Of a stretch of DNA of 64,000 nt, positions 38,988 through 48,099 are shown piece after piece. The position numbers and the translations under genes were made by a program. The notes beneath the pieces are model-generated. The model saw only the letters and a program-made list of their open reading frames with translations. It was not told where the DNA came from and did not search any database. Source of the DNA: Hyalangium minutum. Lineage in GTDB: Bacteria > Myxococcota > Myxococcia > Myxococcales > Myxococcaceae. The stretch covers positions 124,001 through 188,000 of the forward strand of contig NZ_JMCB01000023.1 in assembly GCF_000737315.1 (NCBI RefSeq), written 5' to 3'. Positions within the stretch are counted from its first letter, which is position 1. The number at the start of each line of letters is the position of its first letter.

Positions 38988-39698
38988 ATGGGTTGGGAAA
39001 CCAATGGATGGCAGACGACCTCCAGCGAGGAGGTGAACGCCACCCTCGTGCAGGAGTCTCGGCGCGCGTTCATGTCGCGCGTGTATGGCTGGATGTTCGC
39101 CGGCCTGTGGATCACCGGTGTGATGGCGCTCTACACGGTGAGCAACCGGGCGCTGCTCGAGTTCACGTTCCAGTGGCGCATCCCGCTGCTGCTGGCGGAG
39201 CTGGGCCTGGTGTTCGTGCTCTCGCTGGCGGCGGCGCGGCTGCCGGGCGCATTGGCCGGCGCGCTGTTCGTGGGCTACGCGGCGCTCACAGGCATGACGC
39301 TGTCCATCTACTTCCTGATCTACACGGAGGGCTCCATCGGTCAGGCGTTCCTGATGACGGGCGGTACCTTCGGCGCGATGAGCCTCTACGGCACCTTCAC
39401 GAAGAAAGACCTGAGCGGCTGGGGCGCGTTCCTCTTCATGGGCTTGGTGGGCATCATCATCGCCAGCGTGGTGAACATCTTCATGGGCAGCGACATGATG
39501 GGCTTCGTCACCGCCTGCGCCTGCGTCGTGGTGTTCGCGGGTCTGACGGCCTATGACACCCAGAAGCTGCGCGAGATGCACGCGGCCACGGGCTACAGCA
39601 GCGCCGCGACTGTCAGCATCGTCGGCGCGCTCACGCTGTACCTGGACTTCATCAACCTCTTCCTGGCGCTGCTGCGGCTGTTCGGTCGCCGTCGCTAG
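38988..39698 (+). CDS. Bax inhibitor-1 / YccA family membrane protein
   Basis: FMSRVYGWM, TKKDLSGWG, TAYDTQKL, GALTLYLDFINLFL. Confidence 0.95.
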   Translation: MGWETNGWQTTSSEEVNATLVQESRRAFMSRVYGWMFAGLWITGVMALYTVSNRALLEFTFQWRIPLLLAELGLVFVLSLAAARLPGALAGALFVGYAALTGMTLSIYFLIYTEGSIGQAFLMTGGTFGAMSLYGTFTKKDLSGWGAFLFMGLVGIIIASVVNIFMGSDMMGFVTACACVVVFAGLTAYDTQKLREMHAATGYSSAATVSIVGALTLYLDFINLFLALLRLFGRRR

Positions 39699-39790
39699 CC
39701 ATCTGGCGGAGTGAGCCCGAGCATCGTGGCCCGGGCTCGCTCCCAGCGCTGGGCCTATACGCTCGAGCTTGAGCCCCAGAACCAAGCGGG

Positions 39791-39810
39791 TGTCCCCCTG
39801 CAGTGGGACA
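39791..39810. promoter_or_regulatory. 20-bp near-perfect palindrome upstream of GntR gene
   Basis: TGTCCCCCTGCAGTGGGACA, 18/20 positions self-complementary. Confidence 0.5.
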
Positions 39811-39889
39811 TTCCCCGAGGCCCGCTCAGCGCTCGTGTCAGACCCATCTGATGTGCTCCTGGCCCTTTGCAACGAGAAGGGTGGCGGGC

Positions 39890-41344
39890 ATGGAACGGAC
39901 GGGGCTCGTAGCGCACATCGAGCATGACCTCGAGCAAGTGATCTCCTGGGGCAAGCTGCCCAGGAATGGCTTTCTTCCCTCGGAGCAGGTGCTGGCAGAG
40001 CGCCACGGTGTCTCACGAGCCACGGCCCGGGTGGCATTGCTACGGCTCGAAGCGCGAGGACTGGTGGTGCAGCACCCTGGACGCCGGAGCCGCGCGGTGC
40101 CTTTGCAGGAGGCAGTGACGCTGGAGAACCTGAGCGTGGCACTCCACGCCGAAGGCCCCTCCCATCCAGAGAGACAGCGCCTGCTGGAAGGATTCCTCGA
40201 GCTCAAGCGAGAGCTGATGGTGGATTTGCTGGCCGCCTGCTGCGAGCGAGCCTCCGCGTCCAACTTGAGCCAGCTCCTAAACGTATGCTTCACGTTAGGA
40301 GAGGCGGCGCACTGGGAAGAGAGCAGCGTCTGGGCAAGACGGGAGTTCGAGCTGCTGCGGTTGGCCGCTGTGGCGGCGAACCGTCCTGGGCACTTCCTGC
40401 TCGTCCAGACGCTGGAGCGCTCTTTCTGGGCCATGGCCGCACGACTGCTCCCCGTTCTGGACTGCGCGGCCATCCGCCACTGGGGGCTCTGTGCCTTCCA
40501 CGCGTTGGGAGACAAAGACGCTCAAGCACTGAAGCGAGAGTTGCCGGCGCTGCTCCAGGCAAGCGATGAGCGCGTGCTCAGCTCGCTCGCATCAACCCGC
40601 CGTGAGTACACCCCACCGCCAAGACTCCACGGCTCGGCGCATCAAAGACCTGAGCGGAGTTCCAAGTCCAAGCCCACGGGAGACAAGGAAGTGGACGCGG
40701 ATCATCCTCACCGACCTGCTTGTCAGACCGGTTTACACGAGGAGCCGCCGGAAGATGCCCTTCCCTTCGAGCCCCTTCAGGGCAACCTGCCGGATACGGC
40801 AGTGCTCCGCGGGGCTGCTGGTCAGACCGGTTCGCGCGAAGGGCCATCGGAAGCTCCTGCTCCTTCTGCGACGCCGCCGCGCCAGTTGCCAGACGCAGCC
40901 GTGGCCTACCGGTCTGCTTGTCAGACACGTGCGTGCCAGACACCGCATGAGGAAACACCGCCCGCTGAGGGTGCTCAGCGCCAGTTACCAGACGCAGCCG
41001 TAGCCTACCGGTCTGCTTGTCAGACACGTGCGTGCCAGACACCACCGGAGGAAACACCGACCGACGAGGGTGCCCAGCGCCGCTTGTCCGAACTGACCGT
41101 GGCCAACCAGTCTGCTTGTCAGACACTTTCGGAGCAGGTGCGAAAGGCCTTCGGCTCCGAGTCTGAATCCTGGTTCACACGCTCCGGAAGCGATTCCGGC
41201 GGAAAGATGTTCGGGGCAGGCGAAGGCTCGGGCCTGGAAGCGCTCCGGGGCGCACAGGCGTGGTCGCCCATTCCATGGTCACGATGTGCCTGGGCCCGCC
41301 TACCGCTTCCCATGGCACCGGCGCTGAGGGTGGGTTCTGTATAG
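39890..41344 (+). CDS. GntR/FadR-family regulator with long repetitive C-terminal tail
   Basis: wHTH LPSEQVLAERHGVSRATARVAL..LEARGLV; FCD-like domain; about 240-aa low-complexity tail. Confidence 0.85.
   Translation: MERTGLVAHIEHDLEQVISWGKLPRNGFLPSEQVLAERHGVSRATARVALLRLEARGLVVQHPGRRSRAVPLQEAVTLENLSVALHAEGPSHPERQRLLEGFLELKRELMVDLLAACCERASASNLSQLLNVCFTLGEAAHWEESSVWARREFELLRLAAVAANRPGHFLLVQTLERSFWAMAARLLPVLDCAAIRHWGLCAFHALGDKDAQALKRELPALLQASDERVLSSLASTRREYTPPPRLHGSAHQRPERSSKSKPTGDKEVDADHPHRPACQTGLHEEPPEDALPFEPLQGNLPDTAVLRGAAGQTGSREGPSEAPAPSATPPRQLPDAAVAYRSACQTRACQTPHEETPPAEGAQRQLPDAAVAYRSACQTRACQTPPEETPTDEGAQRRLSELTVANQSACQTLSEQVRKAFGSESESWFTRSGSDSGGKMFGAGEGSGLEALRGAQAWSPIPWSRCAWARLPLPMAPALRVGSV
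40716..41126 (+). repeat. Five degenerate 99-bp tandem units with conserved CTGCT(T/G)GTCAGAC core
   Basis: Cores start at 40716, 40815, 40914, 41013, 41112. Confidence 0.9.
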
Positions 41345-41374
41345 CCCCCTCCCGTATCGATGCCCGAGGACTCG

Positions 41375-43402
41375 CTACTGGACTGTCACCACGACCAGTG
41401 CGGAGGTGGTGACGTTGCCCACCAAGTCGGTGGCCCGAGCCGTCAGCGTGTGCTGTCCCCTGGACACGAGCAGGAGGCCCCAGGTCACGCTGTAGGGCGC
41501 CGTGGTGTCTGTCCCGATCAGCTTGCTGCCATCGTAGAACGCCACCTGCGCCACTCCGTTGGTGTCGCTCGCGTTCGCCTGAATCGTTGTGCTCAGGGAC
41601 ACCTTGGCTCCATTCGCCGGCGAGGTGATGACCACGGTGGGGCTGGCGTTGTCCACGGTGATGCCGATGATCTCCGAATCCTGGTAGTTGCCAGCGATGT
41701 CAAAAGCCCTGGCAAACATACCGTGCTGGACGTTCGAGAACGCCAGGGTGTCCCAGGGCACGGAGTACGGCGCGGTGGTATCGGTCCCGATCAGCGCGGA
41801 GGCGTAATACCCGTACTCGTAGAACTCGACCCTCGTGACACCTCGGTCATCACTGGCGCTGGCCGTCAACTGGACGACGCCCCGAACCACCGAGGCACGG
41901 GCGGGAGCGGTGAGCGCCACTCCGGGCCGGTTCCTGTCCACGATCATCGAGAGCGGCGCAGAGGTACCCACATGGCCCACGGCGTCGTAAGCCTTCGCGG
42001 TGAGCGTGTGCGTGCCGTCGGCCGCGGTCTGAGTACCCCACGCCACGGCGAAGGGCGCCGTAGTGTCCGTCCCGATCAGCGTCTGGCCGTCATAGACCTC
42101 CACGCGCGTCACGTTGAAATCGTCCTCGGCCGCGACCTTCACTGTGAACGTGCCGGTGATCTGCTGATTGGCCACAGGCGCCGTGATGACCGCCGTGGGA
42201 GCTGCGACGTCCACCGCCTCCCCTACTCCGAAGACCAGATCGTCCCGATCATCGATGGGGCCGTTGCTACACGGCGTGGGGAACATCTCCCCGTAGTGAT
42301 AGTTGGCGCGCACAGCCTGCACACGCCCCTCGGGGAGCACGTACTCCGACGAGAACACCTGAAGGTCTCGCATGTTCCAGTCCAGCCGGTGCGTGGCCAG
42401 GTGCGTCCACACGGGCGCAGAGGCATCGGTCGCGGAGAAGAGCTCCACGACGTAGCCGGGGAAGAGGTCCGCCTCGACGGCGACATCGACCCGGACTCGT
42501 CGGCCTGCCGCGAAGGGGAGCCCATCCGACCGCGACACCCGAAGCCAGTGGATCTGCTCGTCTCGATAGGAGTTATCCGTGCCATCCGCACAGCTACCTC
42601 CGATCGTGTTCGGCGCGTGGGGCTCGGGGCCATAGAACCCGCGGCCCTGCACCAGCGCCGCAGTGTCACAGATCGAGGAGCCCTCTGGGCATGTCGGGAC
42701 GCCCCTGCCCAGGTCGTACTCGGCCGAGCCCGGCTGGGCCACCGTGACGGTCACCGGCACACTCAAGGTGCGATTGCCCTGTTCATCCCTGGCCTCTGCG
42801 GTCAGCGTGTGGGTACCGTTCGGGACCGCGTGGGAGTCCCAGGTCAGAACGAACGGCGCCGAGTACACCGCCTTGACGAAGGTGCCATCGGCGTAGAAGT
42901 ACACCGAACTCACGCTGCGGTCGTCGCTGGCGGACGCCTCGACCGAGACCATGCCCGCCAGAGAGGCTCCCTGCGCCGGCGAGATGATGCTCACCGCCGG
43001 AGGCACGTAGTCATTGTCCACGATGATGGAGACCGGAGCCGAGGTCGTCACGTGCCCATCGCCGTCGTAAGCCTTCGCCGTGAGCACATGGGGGCCGTTC
43101 GGGAAGTCATCGGTGAACCAGAAAGTGCTGTAGGTGGCCGAGGTCACCGACGTCATGTAGTTCCCATCCAGGAAGAACTCGACCCGGCTCACCGAGACGT
43201 CGTCCTTGGCGTCTGCCGTGATCCAATCCAAGCCGTGGACCCTGGCGCCCTGCACCGGAGAGGTAATCGCGACCGTGGGCTCGCCCAGAGCGCCGCGAAC
43301 CGTGCCGAAGACCGGAGCAAGGTCCTCCAGAGCGTTGTCATCCTGGGGCCCACAGGCCATCAACGCGAACCCCGCGATCAAGCAGAACTGGAAAAATCGC
43401 AT
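41375..43402 (-). CDS. Lipoprotein with multiple bacterial Ig-like domains and a Cys-containing myxobacterial module
   Basis: Lipobox LMAC; repeated PTVAITSP..G...ASD..GV.RVEF...APYS..W...HTLTA.AYD..G. Confidence 0.88.
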   Translation of the reverse strand: MRFFQFCLIAGFALMACGPQDDNALEDLAPVFGTVRGALGEPTVAITSPVQGARVHGLDWITADAKDDVSVSRVEFFLDGNYMTSVTSATYSTFWFTDDFPNGPHVLTAKAYDGDGHVTTSAPVSIIVDNDYVPPAVSIISPAQGASLAGMVSVEASASDDRSVSSVYFYADGTFVKAVYSAPFVLTWDSHAVPNGTHTLTAEARDEQGNRTLSVPVTVTVAQPGSAEYDLGRGVPTCPEGSSICDTAALVQGRGFYGPEPHAPNTIGGSCADGTDNSYRDEQIHWLRVSRSDGLPFAAGRRVRVDVAVEADLFPGYVVELFSATDASAPVWTHLATHRLDWNMRDLQVFSSEYVLPEGRVQAVRANYHYGEMFPTPCSNGPIDDRDDLVFGVGEAVDVAAPTAVITAPVANQQITGTFTVKVAAEDDFNVTRVEVYDGQTLIGTDTTAPFAVAWGTQTAADGTHTLTAKAYDAVGHVGTSAPLSMIVDRNRPGVALTAPARASVVRGVVQLTASASDDRGVTRVEFYEYGYYASALIGTDTTAPYSVPWDTLAFSNVQHGMFARAFDIAGNYQDSEIIGITVDNASPTVVITSPANGAKVSLSTTIQANASDTNGVAQVAFYDGSKLIGTDTTAPYSVTWGLLLVSRGQHTLTARATDLVGNVTTSALVVVTVQ

Positions 43403-43463
43403 ATCTCTATTTGCCGGAGAGGCATGCGACTGGATCCGCCAAGTTCACGTGGGGGCCGACCCG

Positions 43464-44580
43464 CTAATGGACCGTCACGACCACGGGTGCGGAGGTGGTG
43501 ACGTTGCCGGCCGAGTCCGTAGCCCGAGCGGTCAGCGTGTGCTGGCCCTTGGACACGAACAGCGTGCTCCAGTTCAGGCTGTAGGGCGCGGAGGTGTCCG
43601 TGCCGATAACGGTGGCTCCATCGTAGAAGACCACCTGGGTCACGGCGTTGTTGTCGGCCGCCGTCGCCTGGATCGCCGTGCTCAGGAACACGGACGATCC
43701 GTTGGCCGGAGAAGTGATGGCCACCGTGGGGCCCAAGTTGTCCACCGAGACGTCCCGGTAGACCTCCCGGAAGTTCCCCGTGGCGTCGTAGGCGCGAATG
43801 TAGAGTTGGCGGTATCCATTGGGCCCCCGCTGTGGTGTCCCACGTCGCGGAGTACGGCTCGGTGGTGTCGCCGTTGAGCAGCGTCGCGCCGAGAGAACTC
43901 CACCCGCGTCACGCCCCGGTTGTCGCTGGCGGCCGCGTTCACCTGGACCGACCCCCGGACGAGGGAGCCCTGAACAGGGCTGTGGATCAGCAGTGTGGGC
44001 GGCGTGTAGTCGATGATCACCGGCACCGCCGCAGAGACCGTGGCGTGGCCCGCGGAGTCGTAGGCCTTCGTGGTCAGCGAGTGGGTGCCCTCCGACAGAT
44101 CGTCGTGCTCGTCCAGGGTGCCGCTGGTGCAGGCCGCGATGTTGAGCGCGTCATGCCGCAGGGTGGCGCGCACCACCTGGAGACTCCCGGCCGGGAGAAC
44201 GTCATCCGCCGAGAGGCCTGGAAGCCCAGCGCCGTCCCTCGGACGGTGGTCACGTACGTCCACGAGGGGGCGTTGGCATCGCTGGCGTAGAAGAGATCCA
44301 CGGACTCGTTGGTGGTGCTGTTCACCTCCACCCCGACGTCAACCTGGACGCGGCGGCCCGTCGCGAAGGGAGCGCCGTCCGCCCAGGAGACCCGGCCCCA
44401 GTAGATCTGGTCGTCCTGCCACAACTGGCCGTACGGATCCGTGGTGTCCGTGCCGAGCAGCCGGGTGCCCGCGTAGAACTCTACCCGCGTCACTCCGCTC
44501 GGGTCCGAGGCCGTGGCCGACAGCGTCCCCCCACGAGCAGGGTTGCCCCCGCCGTGAGGCTGGTGATGATCGACGGTAAT
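43464..44580 (-). pseudogene. Frameshifted and deleted tandem paralog of the Ig-domain lipoprotein
   Basis: Homologous pieces in several frames (SATASDPSGVTRVEFY, DQIYWGRVS..DG.PFATGRRV.VDV, SVQVNAAASDNRGVTRVEF, intact last Ig domain 43464-43745); no signal peptide. Confidence 0.8.
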
Positions 44581-44681
44581 CTGAGCTGGCTCGCCGGCGG
44601 TCAGGGCCGATCCGTTCAACCGCGCCACCATCCGTATTTGTTGGGTATGCCTGAAATTGGATCGCCCGGGCTCTGGAAGGC

Positions 44682-45467
44682 TCAGCCTCGGAGTCCTTGG
44701 ATGTAGGCCGCTGTTACCGGGTTCTGAGGGGCCTCGAAGATCCGCGCCGTGGGACCGGACTCGAGCAGGTAACCGCGCCCCTCGCGGGTCCAGAACACGG
44801 CGGTCTCGTCCGCGATGCGGCGGGCCTGCGCCAGGTTGTGGGTGACGATGACGATTGTACAGCGCCTCCGGAGCTGGACGACGTGATCCTCCACCACCCC
44901 GCTGGAGATGGGATCCAAGGCGCTGCAGGGCTCGTCGAGCAGCAGCACCCGCGGCCGGAGCACCAGCGCCCGGGCAATGCACAGCCGCTGTTGCTGGCCT
45001 CCCGAGAGCGCATGGGCTGAGCGGTTGAGCCGATCCTTCACCTCGTCCCAGAGGCCCACGTCCCGGAGAGCCTGCTCGATGCGCTGCTGGCGCTCGGTGC
45101 GATCTCCGACGCCGTGCTCGCGCAGCGGCAGCTCCAGGTTCCTCCAGATGGAGAGCGGGAACGGGTTGGGGCGCTGGCTGATCATCCCCACCTGCCGCCG
45201 CAGCGCCAGCAAGTCGATTCCGCGCGCCAGGACGCTCTCTCCGCCCACGGTGAGCTGACCGGAGACGACACAGCCCTCGTAGAGATCGGTGAGCCGGTTG
45301 ATGCAGCTCAGGAAGCTCGTCTTGCCGCAGCCCGAGGGCCCCACGAGCGCGGTAATGGCACCACCCGAGACTTCCAGCGACACGTCCTCGAAGGCCAGCG
45401 CCTTCCCGTAGCGGACGCTCACCTTGTCCGCGCGGATGGCTGGGCAGTCCGCGACCGAGGCGCTCAT
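44682..45467 (-). CDS. pstB: Phosphate ABC transporter ATPase PstB
   Basis: GPSGCGKT, INRLTDL, PNPFPLSI, LSGGQQQRLCIARAL, LLDEPCSALDP. Confidence 0.9.
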   Translation of the reverse strand: MSASVADCPAIRADKVSVRYGKALAFEDVSLEVSGGAITALVGPSGCGKTSFLSCINRLTDLYEGCVVSGQLTVGGESVLARGIDLLALRRQVGMISQRPNPFPLSIWRNLELPLREHGVGDRTERQQRIEQALRDVGLWDEVKDRLNRSAHALSGGQQQRLCIARALVLRPRVLLLDEPCSALDPISSGVVEDHVVQLRRRCTIVIVTHNLAQARRIADETAVFWTREGRGYLLESGPTARIFEAPQNPVTAAYIQGLRG

Positions 45468-46318
45468 GAAGCCACCACCCTCTTCATGGACCACCTCCGG
45501 CTGACCCACATGGCGCTCCGGTTCAGCACGATGAGCAGAACCATGAGCACCAGGGCCGAGGAGTAGGCCATCCCATCCCCGCCGGAGACGTTCATGGCCA
45601 GATCATAGATATGGACCGAGAGCGTCCGGCCCGACTCGAAGAGGGACTCGGGCATGCGAGCCACATAGCCGCTGGTGAAAATGAGCGCCGCGGTCTCCGC
45701 CAGCGAGCGGGTCACGGCGAGGATGAATCCCGCCACCAGCCCCGGCATCGCCGAGGGAATCAGCACGTGGGCAATCGTCCCGGTCCGTGACAGCCCCAGG
45801 GCCGCGGCGGCGGTGCGGTAGTCCTGGGGCACGGCGCGCAGCCCCTCCTCCGCCGTCCGGGTGAAGTACGGCAGCACCATGCACGCCAGTGTGAGCCCGC
45901 CCGACAGCAGCGAGAACCCCAGCCCGAGCCGCTGGCAGAACAGCGCATTGCCAAAGAGGCCGAACACCACGGAGGGGACACCCGCCAGTACGTCGAGGCT
46001 TCTCCGCACGAAGCGCCCCTGACCACTCGAAGCTGGCAGGAACTCCGCCAGCAGAAGCGCCGTCCCCAACCCCAGAGGCACCGTCACGGTCATGCAGATC
46101 GCGACGATGATCAGCGTGGAGACGATGACGGGGGCAATGCCCCCTTCCCTTCCCGCGTCCTCTGGGTTGGCCGTGAGGAAGTCCAGGGACAGGTGAGCGA
46201 AGCCGTGCTGGAGCACATCCCCCACCAGCCACGCGAAGAGCGTCGCGACGAGCAGGGCCGCAGCCCAGAAGCCCACCATGGCCAGCCGATCCGCTCCACG
46301 AGGGACACGCTCACGCAT
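45464..46318 (-). CDS. pstA: Phosphate ABC permease PstA
   Basis: GGIAPVIVST, LAGVPSVVFGLFG, RSLAETAAL. Confidence 0.9.
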   Translation of the reverse strand: MRERVPRGADRLAMVGFWAAALLVATLFAWLVGDVLQHGFAHLSLDFLTANPEDAGREGGIAPVIVSTLIIVAICMTVTVPLGLGTALLLAEFLPASSGQGRFVRRSLDVLAGVPSVVFGLFGNALFCQRLGLGFSLLSGGLTLACMVLPYFTRTAEEGLRAVPQDYRTAAAALGLSRTGTIAHVLIPSAMPGLVAGFILAVTRSLAETAALIFTSGYVARMPESLFESGRTLSVHIYDLAMNVSGGDGMAYSSALVLMVLLIVLNRSAMWVSRRWSMKRVVAS

Positions 46319-47189
46319 CGGCCCGCTCCCGGCCCACGAGCTCCGCGCAGGCGACGATCACGAAGATCATCAAGAACAGCATCAAGCCGCTCGTGAAGAG
46401 CGCAGCCCGGTGGTTGCCCATGGCGTAGGCCATCTCGAGCGCGATGTTGGCCGTGAGGGTCCGCACCGGATCGGTCAGCCGGGCAGGCACCTGAACGACG
46501 TTGCCACAGACCATGAGGACAGCCATGGTCTCGCCCACGGCGCGTCCGGTCTGCAGCAGCGCTCCGGTGACGAGCCCACGCCGGGCCGCGGGGAGAGCCA
46601 CCTCCCGCACCGTGGTCCACCGCGAGAGCCCGAGCGCCGCCGCTCCCTGGAGGTACTCGCGCGGCACCCGGGCCAGGGCGGCGTCCGCCACCACCACCAT
46701 GGTGGGGAGGATCATCAGCGCCAGAACCAGAATCCCCGCTAGCACGCTCGCCCCGAGTGGCCGGATGCGCCCGATCAGCGGGACGACGACCATGAGCCCC
46801 CAGAGCCCGTACACGACCGAGGGGATCCCCGCCAGCAGCTCGATGATGACGCGGTAGCCGCGCGCCACCAGCGGAGGCGCATAGAAGTGACAGAAGACGG
46901 CCGAGGCGATGCCCAGCGGCGCGGAGATCAGCACCGCGCCCACGGAGACCAGCACCGTCCCCGCAAACATGGGCGCCAGGTTGTACGCGCCCTCCAGCGG
47001 GTTCCACGAGCGATCCGTGAAGAGCCGCAGCGGAGAGACGGTGCTCAGCAGCGGGAACGACTCCCGCGCGATGAACAAGGCAATGAGCAGCACGATGGCC
47101 GTGGAGATGACGGCCATGCCCCGCAGCCCCCACAGGAGCAGTGCGTCACTCCCCCATCGGGATGAAGTACTGCTTCTCCACGAGATCAT
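46311..47189 (-). CDS. pstC: Phosphate ABC permease PstC (start uncertain)
   Basis: ELLAGIPSVVYGLWG, GRAVGETMAV, TLTANIA. Confidence 0.88.
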   Translation of the reverse strand: MISWRSSTSSRWGSDALLLWGLRGMAVISTAIVLLIALFIARESFPLLSTVSPLRLFTDRSWNPLEGAYNLAPMFAGTVLVSVGAVLISAPLGIASAVFCHFYAPPLVARGYRVIIELLAGIPSVVYGLWGLMVVVPLIGRIRPLGASVLAGILVLALMILPTMVVVADAALARVPREYLQGAAALGLSRWTTVREVALPAARRGLVTGALLQTGRAVGETMAVLMVCGNVVQVPARLTDPVRTLTANIALEMAYAMGNHRAALFTSGLMLFLMIFVIVACAELVGRERADA

Positions 47190-47970
47190 GGGTCTCAGGC
47201 GACTGCGCGAAGGTGATGAACTTGCGGGCCAGCTCGTTCTGCTGGCCCTTCTTCGTCACGAGGTGAAGCGTCCGGGCCAGGGGGAACGTACCGTTATGCA
47301 GGTTCTCCAGGCTGGCGGCGACGCCCGCCATCGGCAACAGCTTGAGCGCCTCGCCGTGCTTCGCGGCGAACTCGGCGGCCCCAATCGACACGTAGCCGAT
47401 GGACTCGGGAGAGGTCTCGACCGTCTTGATGCCCTGTTGGTTGTCGCCGATGACGACCTGCGCCTTGATATCGGAGTTCTTCAGCTTGAAGTGGTACAGG
47501 AACAAGTCCAGCGTGGAGCGACCCTCCGCCTTGTTGACGACCACGATGGGCTTGTCCTCTCCACCCACATCCTTCCAGTTCGTGATCTTCCCCGTGAAGA
47601 TGGACACGAGCTGCTCATCGGTCAGCGAGGCAACCGGGTTGGTTTGGTGGACGATGATGCAGATCCCATCCCGGGCCACGGGGTGCGCGTCCAGATCCGT
47701 CTCGTCAGGCTTCAGGTCTCGCGAGACCATCCCGATATCGACGAGGCCCTGACGGGCATCCATGACGCCTCGCGAGGAGCCCCCCATCTGCACATCTACC
47801 CGGGTGCCAGGGTTCTTCTTCTCGAAGCGCTTGGCCACTTCAGAGACCAGGGGCGCGAGGGTGCTCGCGCCACTCAGCGTCAGCTTCGAAGCGGCCTGCT
47901 CGGACTTCTCGGACTTGCAGCCGGTAGCCAGCACCAGGGTGACAGCAGCCGCGATCCACGCTCGGGTCAT
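47146..47970 (-). CDS. pstS: Phosphate-binding lipoprotein PstS-like
   Basis: Lipobox ATGC; SGASTLAP, GGSSRG, DIGMVSR, IGYVS, PLARTL. Confidence 0.88.
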   Translation of the reverse strand: MTRAWIAAAVTLVLATGCKSEKSEQAASKLTLSGASTLAPLVSEVAKRFEKKNPGTRVDVQMGGSSRGVMDARQGLVDIGMVSRDLKPDETDLDAHPVARDGICIIVHQTNPVASLTDEQLVSIFTGKITNWKDVGGEDKPIVVVNKAEGRSTLDLFLYHFKLKNSDIKAQVVIGDNQQGIKTVETSPESIGYVSIGAAEFAAKHGEALKLLPMAGVAASLENLHNGTFPLARTLHLVTKKGQQNELARKFITFAQSPETHDLVEKQYFIPMGE

Positions 47971-48099
47971 GCGGTGCCTCTTTAGCACCTCCGCGTTTGG
48001 ACTTCCCAATCGCGGGGTACCTCCCATCAGCCCTCTGGCCGAAAACGACTCCCCGGGCGCGTCCAGCGAAGCCACCCGGGGTCCATCTTTGCCTCCTTC

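Noticed and set aside
40716-41126. CRISPR-like array
   Set aside because: Intervening sequences are homologous to each other and in frame, period is 99 bp, and there are no cas genes
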